Origin: a bacterium
GTDB lineage: Bacteria > Patescibacteriota > Minisyncoccia > Phycocordibacterales > GWA1-40-21
Direction of reading: 5' to 3'
NCBI GenBank assembly: GCA_043818495.1
Contig: JBDRFT010000056.1
Location: 1 to 27,443 of the forward strand
Length of the DNA: 27,443 nt
The stretch's first letter is position 1. Each line of letters opens with the position of its first letter. Below the pieces are notes generated by a model. The model had not been told where the DNA came from. It saw only the letters and a list, made by a program, of their open reading frames with translations, and ran no database searches. The translations under genes and the position numbers were made by a program. Positions 14,895 through 25,085 of the stretch are shown in pieces.

Positions 14895-16154
14895 ATGAGA
14901 CAATCAATATTGTTTAGTAAAACTCGCAAAGAAGCCCCAAAAGATGAAATATCAAAAAATGCGAATTTTCTTATTCGCGCTGGTTTTATACATAAAGAAA
15001 TGGCCGGAGTGTATTCGTATTTGCCTTTAGGTTTGAGAGTGATGAAAAATATTGAAAACATAATTCGTGATGAAATGAATAAACTTGGTGGTTTAGAAAT
15101 GAAAACATCTATAATTCAAAATAAGGAAGTATGGGAAAAAACAAATAGATGGAGCGATGAAATAGTTGATAATTGGTTTAAAACTAAATTAAAAAATGGT
15201 ACCGAAGTTGGTTTATCTTTTACAAATGAAGAAGCATATGCAAATATTTTGAAACAATATATAAGTTCTTATAAAGATTTACCTATTTACCCATATGATT
15301 TTAAAAGTATTTTTAGAAATGAAACTAGAAGCAAATCCGGATTATTAAGAGGAAGAGAATTTTATTGGAAAGCAATGTATTCTTTTTCAAAAGACGAAAA
15401 TGAACATAATGAATTTTATGAAAAAGCAAAAAAAACTTATATGAATATTTTTAAAAAAGTTGGTATCGGTGATTTAACTTATTTAACTTTTGCATCAGGT
15501 GGTTCTTTTTCAAAATTCTCCCATGAATTTCAAACCATAACTAATGCTGGCGAGGACACAATTTATTTTGATGAAAAAAAAAGATTTGCTGTAAATAAAG
15601 AAATATATAATGATGAAGTTTTGAAAAGTTTAAATTTAGAAAAAAATAAATTGATTGAACTTAAATCAATTGAAGTTGGAAATATATTTTCACTTGGAAC
15701 AAAATTTTCCGAGCCGTTTGATTTAAAATATAAGAATGAAAAAGGTGAAGAAAAATTTGTAATAATGGGCAGTTATGGCATTGGTCTCGGAAGATTAATG
15801 GGAACAATAGTTGAAATTTTCGCTGATGATAAAGGTCTTATTTGGCCTATTTCTATTGCTCCATTTAAAATTCATATAGTTGAAATTAGTTCAGAAAATA
15901 AAAAAGTAAAAAAAAGCGCGGAAAAATTATATAATTTATTTATTAAAAATAATATTGAAGTATTATATGATGATAGAGAAATTCGCGCGGGAGAAAAATT
16001 TAATGATTCAGATCTCATTGGTATTCCAATTAGAATAATAGTAAGTGAAAAAGGATTAGAAAAAGGCGAATTTGAAATTAAATTAAGAAAAGACGGGAAA
16101 ATTTTAAATTTGAAAGAAGGGGAGATTTTGAGTTTTGTTAAAAAATATGAATAA
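14895..16154 (+). CDS. proS: Proline--tRNA ligase, short form without INS editing domain
   Basis: LIRAGFI, GVYSYLPLGLRV, FRNETRSKSGLLRGREF, IEVGNIFSLGTKFS, MGSYGIGLGR, anticodon domain DDREIRAGEKFNDSDLIGIP; 419 aa. Confidence 0.97.
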   Translation: MRQSILFSKTRKEAPKDEISKNANFLIRAGFIHKEMAGVYSYLPLGLRVMKNIENIIRDEMNKLGGLEMKTSIIQNKEVWEKTNRWSDEIVDNWFKTKLKNGTEVGLSFTNEEAYANILKQYISSYKDLPIYPYDFKSIFRNETRSKSGLLRGREFYWKAMYSFSKDENEHNEFYEKAKKTYMNIFKKVGIGDLTYLTFASGGSFSKFSHEFQTITNAGEDTIYFDEKKRFAVNKEIYNDEVLKSLNLEKNKLIELKSIEVGNIFSLGTKFSEPFDLKYKNEKGEEKFVIMGSYGIGLGRLMGTIVEIFADDKGLIWPISIAPFKIHIVEISSENKKVKKSAEKLYNLFIKNNIEVLYDDREIRAGEKFNDSDLIGIPIRIIVSEKGLEKGEFEIKLRKDGKILNLKEGEILSFVKKYE

Positions 16155-16202
16155 TTTTATTCATAAATCATAAATTATAAATCTTAAATCATACTTTAAA
16201 TT

Positions 16203-17264
16203 ATGTTCAAAAATCTCAAAAAAAAAATAAATAAATATTTATCCAATGATATTGGTATAGATCTTGGAACTACAAATACTTTGGTTTATGTTTCTGGTAA
16301 AGGAATTGTTATCAATGAACCTTCTGTTGTTGCTTTAAATCAAAAAACAGGAAGAGTTGTTGCTATTGGAATACAAGCAAAAGAAATGTTGGGAAGAACA
16401 CCTCCGCATATTATAGCGATAAAACCCTTAGTAGATGGAGTTATTTCTGATTTTGAAGTGACAGAAGAAATGATTACTTATTTAATTAAAAAAGCTGAAG
16501 AATTTTCTCCAAAAATATTAGGTCCAAGAGTTGTGGTTGGTGTTCCTTCTGGAGTTACAAATGTAGAAATTCGCGCGGTTAGAGACGCTACAAAAAATGC
16601 TGGAGCTCGCGAAGTGCATATAGTGGAAGAACCAATGGCTGGAGCTATCGGTATTCGTTTACCTATAAATGATCCTATTGGAAGTATGGTAATAGATATT
16701 GGAGGAGGAACTACGGATATTGCAATTATATCTCTGGGAGGAATTGTTAAATCTAAAAATTTAAGAATTGCTGGAGAAAAATTAAACAATGATATTATTA
16801 GTTATATAAGAAGTGAATTTAAAATTTTAATAGGAGAAAAAACTGCTGAAAATATTAAAATTGCAATAGGAGTAGTTGTTCCGGGAGAACATTTAGAAGC
16901 TCCAATAAAAGGCAGAGATTTAATTACAGGTTTACCGAGAGAAATTATTTTAACAGATTCTGATGTAAGGGAAGCAATGTCGTTTTCTATTGAAAGTTTA
17001 GTGGAAGCTACCAAAGAAGTATTGGAAACTACTCCACCAGAAATTCTTACAGATATTATGCAAAGAGGAATTTTTCTTTTTGGAGGAGGGGCTCTTATTA
17101 AGGGTTTAGATATTCTCTTAAATGAATATTTAAAAATTCCAGTACAATTTGTTGATGATCCTTTAACCGCAGTCGCAAGAGGTACAGGTATTATTCTTGA
17201 AAATATGGAACTTTATAAAGATTGTTTAATTCAAAACGAAGATGAACTTCCACCCAAAAAATAA
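16203..17264 (+). CDS. mreB: Rod shape-determining protein MreB
   Basis: IGIDLGTTNTLV, INEPSVVA, EEPMAGAIG, DIGGGTTD, GGGALIKG, DDPLTAVARG. Confidence 0.98.
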   Translation: MFKNLKKKINKYLSNDIGIDLGTTNTLVYVSGKGIVINEPSVVALNQKTGRVVAIGIQAKEMLGRTPPHIIAIKPLVDGVISDFEVTEEMITYLIKKAEEFSPKILGPRVVVGVPSGVTNVEIRAVRDATKNAGAREVHIVEEPMAGAIGIRLPINDPIGSMVIDIGGGTTDIAIISLGGIVKSKNLRIAGEKLNNDIISYIRSEFKILIGEKTAENIKIAIGVVVPGEHLEAPIKGRDLITGLPREIILTDSDVREAMSFSIESLVEATKEVLETTPPEILTDIMQRGIFLFGGGALIKGLDILLNEYLKIPVQFVDDPLTAVARGTGIILENMELYKDCLIQNEDELPPKK

Positions 17265-18030
17265 AAATTTTTTATTTAAAAAAAATATTTTTTTATTAAC
17301 TATTATTGTATTTTTTTTAATTATTATTTTTTCCTTATCTTGGACAAGAAATATATTATTTAGCATCGGCTCTCCTTTGTGGATTATTAAAAATAATTTT
17401 ATTTCTTTTTTTTCTGATAATATTGAAGTTTTAAATTCAAAAACAAAACTTTTAAAGGAAAATGATTTATTAAAAAAACAAATTAAAACAAATGAAAAAA
17501 ATCAGGTTTTATTTAATTTATTAAAAAATGAAAATGAAGATTTAAAAAAAATTCTTAATATAAAAGACACAAATAAAAATCTTTTACTTTCAGCGGTTTT
17601 AGTTAAACCTTTTTTATCTCCATACGACACGCTTATTATAGATGTCGGTTTATTAAATGGTGTAAAAATTAATGATAAAGTTTTAGTTGATGGAAATATT
17701 TTTATCGGATATATTTCAGAAGTTTATAAAAGAACATCAAAAGTTATTTTGTATTCATCTCCCGGAGAAAAAGTAAAAATTTTAATAGGTGATAATAATA
17801 TAGAAAAAGAAGCAATCGGTTTGGGTGGAAATAATTTTAAAGTTGAAGTTCCAAGAGAAATAGAAATTAAAGAAGGGGATTCTATTATTATGCCATCAGT
17901 TTCAACTAATATTTTTGGCATGGTGGAAAAAATAGAATTTAAAGAATCAGATTCTTTTCAAAAAATTTTATTCAAAAATCCTGTAAATATAGCGGAGCTT
18001 AAATGGGTGGAAGTGTTGATGATGGAATAG
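17242..18030 (+). CDS. mreC: Rod shape-determining protein MreC
   Basis: Overlaps mreB end; TM, coiled coil, PYDTLIIDVG..GV, IGYISEV. Confidence 0.9.
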   Translation: MNFHPKNKNFLFKKNIFLLTIIVFFLIIIFSLSWTRNILFSIGSPLWIIKNNFISFFSDNIEVLNSKTKLLKENDLLKKQIKTNEKNQVLFNLLKNENEDLKKILNIKDTNKNLLLSAVLVKPFLSPYDTLIIDVGLLNGVKINDKVLVDGNIFIGYISEVYKRTSKVILYSSPGEKVKILIGDNNIEKEAIGLGGNNFKVEVPREIEIKEGDSIIMPSVSTNIFGMVEKIEFKESDSFQKILFKNPVNIAELKWVEVLMME

Positions 18031-18713
18031 GTAAAGTTAAAAGTATAAAAGTATTAAGTATAAAGTATTAACTAAAAAAAGATTTAAGATTTAGGATTTA
18101 AGATTTAGGAAAAAAAAATAAAAAGCAAAAAGGGTTTTCGGCTTCGCCAAAAACCCTTTCTGTTTTTTTATTTTTTTTGCTTATTAAGTTTTTTTTTTAA
18201 ATAAAAATGTCTACAAAAAACACTAGGTAGTGTTTTCCGTAGACATTTTTATTTTCATTTTTTTTGTTTTTTATTTATTTCAAAGTACACCATGGTGAAC
18301 TTTGAAATAATGAATTTTTTACTTTTTTTAACATTCTTTTTTTATAAAATTATCTTTTTGTTAATTTATTTTTTCTATTTAGTCACTCTCATTGATGAGA
18401 GTGACAAGTTTTTTAAATAAAGTTTTTGTCTATGAAAATAAACTTACTTTTTTATAAACTTTTTCATAGACATTTTGTTTTAAGAAAATTAAAATAAAAT
18501 TATTCTGTCACTCTCATTGATGAGAGTGACCAAATTTTTTACTAAATTTTTTATTTCACTATTGAGTAAAAGCAAACAAAAATTAAAAGGGTTTTTGGCT
18601 CTGCCAAAAACCCTTTTGATTTTTTAGTTTTGATGTTTTCTTATTTTTTTCATAATTCACAATTCACAAGCAAAATTCAAAATTTTTAATTTCACACTTT
18701 CAACTTTACAACT
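18031..18713. repeat. Large mosaic filling the convergent mreC/pyrG gap: heptamers-A-B-D-C-B'-C-A-heptamers
   Basis: gatttaa/gatttag array about 18081-18109; A 18129-18159; B 18208-18245; D 18278-18309; C 18382-18405; B' 18427-18472; C 18507-18530; A 18585-18617; ACTTT array at 18690. Confidence 0.88.
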
Positions 18714-20420
18714 TTATAAACTTTTTATTTTTTTCTTTTTCTTAATACATTCTTTTATAAAAGCAGTGAAAAGTGGGTGTGGTGTAAATGGTCGTGCTAA
18801 AAATTCTGGATGAAATTGTGTTCCAAGAAAAAATGGATGAATTTTTTTTGGAAGCTCCGCTATTTCCATAAGAATATCGTTTGGAGATTTGCCAGAAAAA
18901 ACTAAACCCGCATCAGTAAGTTTTTTTATATATTTAGGATTAACTTCATATCTATGTCTATGTCTTTCGTCAACAATATCTTTTTGATAAGCTTCATAAG
19001 CAATAGTATTTTTTTCTAAACAAGTCGGATAAGTGCCAAGTCGCATACTTCCACCATAATTATTTTCTTCTAGTTTTTTCTTTTGGTCAGGCATTATATT
19101 TATAACAAGATTTTCAGAAATTAAATTAATTTCAGCTGTATTTGTATCTTTAAGATTTAAAATATTTCTCGCATATTCTATAATCATAAGTTGCATACCA
19201 TAACAAAGTCCAAAATAGGGAATTTTATTTTCTCTCGCATATTGAATCACAGCAAGTTTTCCTTCAATTCCTGATTCTCCAAAACCTCCGGGAACAATGA
19301 TACCGTCAAATTTTTCTAATGCTTTAAAATCTATTTTATGTTTATTCTCGCTTTCATAATCGCGAGAATTTATAGTGTGTATAATTGTTTTTCTATTTAA
19401 ATGATAAGAAGAATATTTAATTGCTTCAAGAACAGAAACATATGCGTCTGTAAGAATAAAATTTCCCGTATTAAAATATTTTCCAACAATTGCTATGTCC
19501 AAACTATCTTTTGTGTTTTTAATTTTATTTGCAAAATCAATCCAATTTTCTATTCCAGTTTCAGTTTTTTTTTTGCGTAAATGCAAAAGCTTTAAAAGAA
19601 TATAACTAATATTATCTTTTTCAAAATTTATAGGAACATTAAAAATATTTTCAATATCTGGAGCAGAAATAATTTGTTCTACTGGCAAACCACAAGAAAT
19701 TGCAATTTTTTCTTTTCTTTTATGGTCTATAGGAATTTCACTTCTTGCAATAATGATATCTGGATTTACTCCATATGAGTTTAATTGATGAATTGCATTT
19801 TGTGTTGGTTTAGATTTCATTTCGCCTAATTTTGAAGGAATAGGCAAATAACTTACCATAACAAAAGCAATATCATTTGGATGAAGAACTTTCATATAAC
19901 GAGCCGCTTCTATAAACATTATATTTTGATAATCTCCAATAGTTCCTCCTATTTCAATAACTGTAATATCTGATTTATTTACTTTTGCAGATTTTGTAAA
20001 TCGATAAATAATTTCATCTCTTATATGTGGAATTGCTTCCACGCATTTCCCATCATATTTAAGAGCTCTTTCAGCCTCTATGACATGTTTATAAATCATT
20101 CCCGAAGTAATATAATCATCTTTTGTGAGACTTTTATTTAAAAATCTTTCATAATTTCCCATATCTTGGTCCGTTTCAAGCCCTGAATCAAGAACAAAAA
20201 CCTCGCCATGTTCAATTGGATTCATAGTTCCTGCATCTATATTTAAATAAGGGTCCACTTTTAGAAGATTTATAATAAAACCTTTTGATTGTAAAAGGGC
20301 TCCGATAGAAGAGGTTGTGATTCCTTTTCCAATACCAGACATTACGCCACCAAGGACAAAAATATATTTATGAGTTTTTTTTATTTTATGCGAACTTTTA
20401 TTTTGTTTTAGATTTAACAT
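18714..20420 (-). CDS. pyrG: CTP synthase
   Basis: GGVMSGIGKG, KVDPYLNIDAGTMNPIEHGEVFV, EIGGTIGD, KSKPTQ, GLCYGMQ, ERHRHRYE, QFHPE. Confidence 0.99.
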   Translation of the reverse strand: MLNLKQNKSSHKIKKTHKYIFVLGGVMSGIGKGITTSSIGALLQSKGFIINLLKVDPYLNIDAGTMNPIEHGEVFVLDSGLETDQDMGNYERFLNKSLTKDDYITSGMIYKHVIEAERALKYDGKCVEAIPHIRDEIIYRFTKSAKVNKSDITVIEIGGTIGDYQNIMFIEAARYMKVLHPNDIAFVMVSYLPIPSKLGEMKSKPTQNAIHQLNSYGVNPDIIIARSEIPIDHKRKEKIAISCGLPVEQIISAPDIENIFNVPINFEKDNISYILLKLLHLRKKKTETGIENWIDFANKIKNTKDSLDIAIVGKYFNTGNFILTDAYVSVLEAIKYSSYHLNRKTIIHTINSRDYESENKHKIDFKALEKFDGIIVPGGFGESGIEGKLAVIQYARENKIPYFGLCYGMQLMIIEYARNILNLKDTNTAEINLISENLVINIMPDQKKKLEENNYGGSMRLGTYPTCLEKNTIAYEAYQKDIVDERHRHRYEVNPKYIKKLTDAGLVFSGKSPNDILMEIAELPKKIHPFFLGTQFHPEFLARPFTPHPLFTAFIKECIKKKKKIKSL

Positions 20421-20491
20421 ATTTATTTTTTAAATTTTATAGATTTTTATAGTTATAATTTTACCAAATTTTTTTAAAAAAGAAATAAAAA

Positions 20492-20567
20492 AATTAGGGG
20501 AAAAATTAGAGGAAAAAAAGCCACACCCTTCGGGTGTGGCTTTTTTCCCTCTAATTTTTCCCTAATT
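20492..20567. terminator. 36/37-bp stem hairpin, likely bidirectional terminator
   Basis: aattaggggaaaaattagaggaaaaaaagccacaccc-ttc-gggtgtggcttttttccctctaatttttccctaatt; 9 nt past the stop of 20576..20926. Confidence 0.7.
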
Positions 20568-20575
20568 CTTAAACT

Positions 20576-20926
20576 TTATTCCCTTTCAATTTTCTCAAAT
20601 TCTTCCCATAAATTATTTTTATTACAAAGTTCAATAAAATTCCAAATTTGTTCAGTTTCATATATATTACGGTTACTTCTATTTTCTTCTGAATATTTTG
20701 CTTTTATTAATTCTATACAAGCCTCTTTGGAATTTAAAATTTTAAATTCTTTTTGAAGCTTACTATCTATTACAAATTTAATTAAATCGCTAACTTTTGC
20801 ATCTTTTATACCAACAACAAAAAAATTTTCCTTGTTTTCTAGCTTTCGAATTATTTTCCAAACTTGCTCTGAAAATTTTCTTTCTTTTTCTAAATTTTCT
20901 AATATATTTTTTTCTTGATTTTCCAT
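20576..20926 (-). CDS. Hypothetical protein
   Basis: 116-aa charged helical ORF, same strand as and just downstream of rplU; no family recognised. Confidence 0.6.
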   Translation of the reverse strand: MENQEKNILENLEKERKFSEQVWKIIRKLENKENFFVVGIKDAKVSDLIKFVIDSKLQKEFKILNSKEACIELIKAKYSEENRSNRNIYETEQIWNFIELCNKNNLWEEFEKIERE

Positions 20927-20965
20927 TTTTTTTTATTTTTTTTATTTTTGCTAAAATTTTCGACC

Positions 20966-21283
20966 TTATTTTAAGTTTTCAATTTTTACTTTAAAATACG
21001 GTTGCTTATGCCCATTTTTTTTGAAATATCTACTTTTTTGTTTATAATGTATTACATTAATTTTTGGAAGTTTTCCTATTTCTTCAATTACTGCTTCAAC
21101 TTTAGCTCCTTTTATAAAAGGATTTCCTATAATTGTATTTTTACCATCATCCATTAATAAAACTTCTTCAAAAATGACTTTGTCGCCAACTTTTGCTGTA
21201 TTAGAAAGTTTTTCTATTTTTATAGAATCATTTTTAGAGATTTTATATTGTTTCCCCCCTGTTTTTATTATTGTAAATTCCAT
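20966..21283 (-). CDS. rplU: 50S ribosomal protein L21
   Basis: IIKTGGKQYKI, IGNPFIKGAKVEA, GHKQPY. Confidence 0.97.
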   Translation of the reverse strand: MEFTIIKTGGKQYKISKNDSIKIEKLSNTAKVGDKVIFEEVLLMDDGKNTIIGNPFIKGAKVEAVIEEIGKLPKINVIHYKQKSRYFKKNGHKQPYFKVKIENLK

Positions 21284-21289
21284 AATTAG

Positions 21290-21298
21290 ATATTATCA
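21290..21298 (-). promoter_or_regulatory. Extended -10 element, probable leaderless start of rplU
   Basis: TG-a-TAATAT-ctaatt-ATG. Confidence 0.5.
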
Positions 21299-21457
21299 AA
21301 AATTTAATTTTTTGCAAATCAATTTATTACATTTATTACATTTTAATTTAATTTATCAAATGATAAACCTTGCTTATCCTTATTTTATCATCAATTTGGG
21401 TCGTATCCAAGTTAATTAAGTTAATTATTTTTTGAGAAGCAATGCTTATTATTAAAG

Positions 21458-21530
21458 AGCCATTGATCGGGATTGAACCGATGACCTCGTCATTACCAAT
21501 GACGTGCTCTACCAACTGAGCTACAATGGC
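21458..21530 (-). tRNA. tRNA-Thr(GGT), no encoded CCA
   Basis: gccattg/caatggc, cgtca-ttGGTaa-tgacg, atcgg-ttcaatc-ccgat. Confidence 0.97.
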
Positions 21531-21559
21531 GCAATTTTTTAAAAAAAGTAAAAAGCAAA

Positions 21560-21946
21560 TTAATTTATTTTAAAAAAATTTTTAAATTTAGCTTCTTCAA
21601 TCTCCATTTTTTTTCCATGCCTATAATTTAATAAATGAATACTGCCATGAATAAAAAGAAAAATAATAAAATTTTCATATACCATTTCAAATTTTTTAGC
21701 TTCACTTTTAGCTATTTTTTTACAGATAAAAATTTCACCTAAGTTTTTATTGATAGAAAAACTAAGAATATCAGTAGGGGAATTTATTTTTCTATATATA
21801 TTATTAAGTATTTGTATTTTTTTATCACTTATAAAAATTAAATTTAGCTTATATTTTTTACCAAGTATTTTATTTTTTATTTGAATAAAAGGCAAATGAG
21901 GAAGTTTGCCTTTTGTTTTATTTATAATCAAAAATTTTTCCTCCAT
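21560..21946 (-). CDS. ybeY: rRNA maturation RNase YbeY
   Basis: NIYRKINSPTDILSF, LGEIFIC, HGSIHLLNYRH (H-x3-H-x5-H). Confidence 0.9.
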   Translation of the reverse strand: MEEKFLIINKTKGKLPHLPFIQIKNKILGKKYKLNLIFISDKKIQILNNIYRKINSPTDILSFSINKNLGEIFICKKIAKSEAKKFEMVYENFIIFLFIHGSIHLLNYRHGKKMEIEEAKFKNFFKIN

Positions 21947-21966
21947 ATTTTATAATTATCCATAAT

Positions 21967-22239
21967 TTATTTCTTTTTTGTTTTCATTTTCATTCTTTTT
22001 TGATTTTCTGTTTTATCAGCCATTTTTCCTAATCTTATAAGTTCCTCTATTTCTTTTTTCTTATTAACTGATGATAATTTTTGAATTTTTATTTTATATG
22101 GAGAAAGTTTTCTTTTAGAAAATCTTATAGACCTAACTCTAGAAAGTATTCCTGAGTTTTGAACTTTTTTCGTAAAACGCCTAAGCATATTTGTATTATT
22201 TTCATTACTATTTTTTTCAATTTCTATATTTATTGTCAT
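21967..22239 (-). CDS. rpsU: 30S ribosomal protein S21-like
   Basis: NENNTNMLRRFTKKVQNSGILSRVRSIRF pattern; small and basic. Confidence 0.7.
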   Translation of the reverse strand: MTINIEIEKNSNENNTNMLRRFTKKVQNSGILSRVRSIRFSKRKLSPYKIKIQKLSSVNKKKEIEELIRLGKMADKTENQKRMKMKTKKK

Positions 22240-22473
22240 ATTTTAAATTAAAAGTTAAATTATTTTTAGTATTTTATTTCAAATCAAAAATTAAATCAAA
22301 ATTGATTAAAAGTTTGACTAAAATAATATTAGCATTTTGTTTATAAAAAGGCAATTTAAAATAGTTATAAAGTTTATAAAGTAGAAAGTTGTAAAGTTAA
22401 AAGCTGTAAAGTTAAAAGCTTTTAACTTATTTTAATATTGTTATTATTAAAAATTAACTATATAATTAAACTA

Positions 22474-23391
22474 ATGATAAAAAAATATAAAAATAATTTT
22501 ATAGAATGGATAGATGTGGAAGTTCCAAAAATAGAAGAGATTAAAAATTTAATGAGTGAATATGATATAAGCTCAGACATTGCTTGTGAACTCCAACTTC
22601 CAACATATAAAGAAAAAATTGTCGTGGACAAGAATTATATTTATTTAGTTTTACATTTTCCTACTCTTCGTCATACACATAAAAATAATACTAGCGAGCA
22701 AGAAATAGATTTTATTATTGGTAAAAATTTTTTAATTACAACAAGATATGAACATATAGACGCTCTGGAAAAATTTTCTAAAATTTTTGAATTAAATAAT
22801 TTACTTAATAAAGATATTACAGAAGAAAACGCTATCTACATTTTTTATCATATGATTAAAGAAATTTACAAATCTATGTCTGATGAAATAGATAGTATTG
22901 ATGATACATTAAAACAAATAGAAAAAGATATTTTTAAAAATAGAGAAAAAGAAATGGTCATTAAAATTTCCAAAGTCAATAGAGACCTTATAAGTTTTAA
23001 TCATATTATTCTTACACATAGAGATGTTCTTTTTTCTTTAAAAGATACTGGTGGAAAATTATTTGGTGGAGATTTTATTGAAAATTTTTCAAAAATAATA
23101 AATGAATATTATAGAATAGAAAAAGTTTTACACAATAATATAGATTTTTTAAAAGAAATTAGAGAAACAAATGATTCTTTACTTTCTTCAAAACAAAATG
23201 AGATAATAAAAATTCTTACTGTTATTACTTTTTTATCTCTTCCTTTTTTTATCATTACTGGTTTTTTTCAAATGAATACAATTTACACTCCATTTATAAA
23301 TAATTCATATAGTTGGCAAATAATAATTTTTGTGGAAATTATAGTAGTAAGTTTATTTTTCCTTTTTGCAAAATGGAGGAAGTGGATTTAA
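22474..23391 (+). CDS. CorA-family divalent cation transporter (track start 22438; ATG 22474 preferred)
   Basis: WIDV..P..EE, YLVLHFP, EIDFIIGKNFLIT, NEIIKILTVIT, two C-terminal TMs; signature reads QMN rather than GMN. Confidence 0.88.
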   Translation: MIKKYKNNFIEWIDVEVPKIEEIKNLMSEYDISSDIACELQLPTYKEKIVVDKNYIYLVLHFPTLRHTHKNNTSEQEIDFIIGKNFLITTRYEHIDALEKFSKIFELNNLLNKDITEENAIYIFYHMIKEIYKSMSDEIDSIDDTLKQIEKDIFKNREKEMVIKISKVNRDLISFNHIILTHRDVLFSLKDTGGKLFGGDFIENFSKIINEYYRIEKVLHNNIDFLKEIRETNDSLLSSKQNEIIKILTVITFLSLPFFIITGFFQMNTIYTPFINNSYSWQIIIFVEIIVVSLFFLFAKWRKWI

Positions 23392-23518
23392 AAAAGTAGA
23401 AAGTTATAAAGTAGAAATAAAGATTTATGATTTATGATTTAAGAATAAAATACAAAAATAAAAAACATAATTAAATTTAAAATTATTTGTTTTAAATATT
23501 CATTCATTTAAAATTTAT

Positions 23519-23553
23519 CCCTGTTAAATTTGCTTCGCAATTATTTAATGAGG
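23519..23553. repeat. REP-like hairpin family G with inner ttgc-TTC-gcaa
   Basis: ccctgttaaat-ttgcttcgcaa-tt-atttaatgagg. Confidence 0.65.
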
Positions 23554-23642
23554 TAAATTCAAAATTTGAAATTCAGTTTAAAAATTATTAATTTCACACT
23601 TTATAAACTTTCAACTTTATAAACTTTATAACTTTTCAAAAA

Positions 23643-25085
23643 ATGTTTAATATTTTTAAATTATTTAAATTAAATAAAAATAAAAAAAATAATTTTCCTA
23701 TTTATCTTTATAATACGCTTACAAAGAAAAAAGAATTATTTAAATCCATTAAAAATGGGGAAGTTTTATTTTATCAATGTGGACCGACTGTTTATTGGAC
23801 ACAACATATAGGTAATATGAGAGCAATGGTTATATCTGATTTAATAAATAGGACTTTTAAATATTTTAATTATAATGTTAAATTTGTTCGCAATTATACT
23901 GATGTCGGACATTTTACATCTGACCAAGATGAAGGCGAAGATAAAATGGAAAAAGCTTCTAGGCAAGAAAATATTTCTCCAAAAGAAATTGCGGAAAAAT
24001 ATATAAAAGTTTTTGAAAATGATATTAAAGAATTAAATACTCTTTCTCCCAATTTCAAACCAAGAGCTACAGAATATATAGATGAAATAATTGATATGAT
24101 TCAAATTATGCTTGATAAAAATTTTGCTTATTCTACAAATTTAGCAATTTATTTTGATATTTCAAAAGCAAAAGATTATACAAAATTATCTAAACAAAAT
24201 TTAGAAGAAAATATCTCTGGCGCAGGTTCTGCTGATGTAGAAGATATGCAAAAAAAACATCCTGCAGATTTTTCTGTTTGGTTTTTTAAAGCAGGCACAC
24301 ATAAAAACGCTTTACAATTTTGGGAATCACCTTTTAAATCTTCTCTTGTTCAAAAAGGCGAAGGTTTTCCGGGTTGGCATATAGAATGTTCCGCAATGAT
24401 AAGAAAAATTTTAGGAAAAACTATTGATATTCATCTGGGAGGAATTGAACATATTCCAATTCATCATACAAATGAAATTGCTCAAAGTGAAGCTGTAAAT
24501 AATGTTCCACTTGCGAATTATTGGTTGCATAATGAATGGCTTACTGCAAATAATAATAAAATGGCAAAATCAGAAGGAATGAGTTTTTGTTTAAATGATA
24601 TAAAAGAAAAAAAATTTAATCCCCTAGTTTTAAGATTTTTCTTTTTACAAGCACATTATCGTTCACAACAAAATTTTACATGGGAAGCATTGTCCTCGGC
24701 TCAAAATGGATATAAAAATTTATTAAATCATATTTTTTTACTCGGAGATAAAATTGGAATAATTGATGAAAAATTTAAAAAAACTTTTTCAGAAAAAATT
24801 GCAGATGATTTTAATATTCCACAAGCTTTTGCTGTTTTATTTGAAATGTTAAAGTCCAATATTTCAAATGCTGACAAACTTGCTACGGCATTAAATTTTG
24901 ATAAAGTTCTTGGTTTAAAATTAAATGAAGAACAGAAAGGAAAAAAAGAAATAGAAATGCCCATTGAAATAAAAATTCTTATAGAAGAAAGGGAAAAAGC
25001 CAGAAAAGAAAAAAATTGGTCAAAAGCTGATGAATTAAGAAATAAAATAAAAAATTTAGGATATGAAGTAAAGGACGAGAAATAG
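23643..25085 (+). CDS. cysS: Cysteine--tRNA ligase
   Basis: CGPTVY, HIGN, GFPGWHIECSAM, DIHLGG..HIPIHHTNEIAQS, KMAKS, DDFNIPQA. Confidence 0.98.
   Translation: MFNIFKLFKLNKNKKNNFPIYLYNTLTKKKELFKSIKNGEVLFYQCGPTVYWTQHIGNMRAMVISDLINRTFKYFNYNVKFVRNYTDVGHFTSDQDEGEDKMEKASRQENISPKEIAEKYIKVFENDIKELNTLSPNFKPRATEYIDEIIDMIQIMLDKNFAYSTNLAIYFDISKAKDYTKLSKQNLEENISGAGSADVEDMQKKHPADFSVWFFKAGTHKNALQFWESPFKSSLVQKGEGFPGWHIECSAMIRKILGKTIDIHLGGIEHIPIHHTNEIAQSEAVNNVPLANYWLHNEWLTANNNKMAKSEGMSFCLNDIKEKKFNPLVLRFFFLQAHYRSQQNFTWEALSSAQNGYKNLLNHIFLLGDKIGIIDEKFKKTFSEKIADDFNIPQAFAVLFEMLKSNISNADKLATALNFDKVLGLKLNEEQKGKKEIEMPIEIKILIEEREKARKEKNWSKADELRNKIKNLGYEVKDEK

Noticed and set aside
18031-18713. Lost mreD/pbp2 or rpmA hidden in intergenic gaps
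   Set aside because: No coding remnants visible; the gap is fully explained by repeats, and these genes may lie elsewhere
21340-21450. Short hairpin ttgggtcgtatccaa and 20-codon frame downstream of tRNA-Thr
   Set aside because: Weak stem, no tRNA 3' duplication, no recognisable peptide
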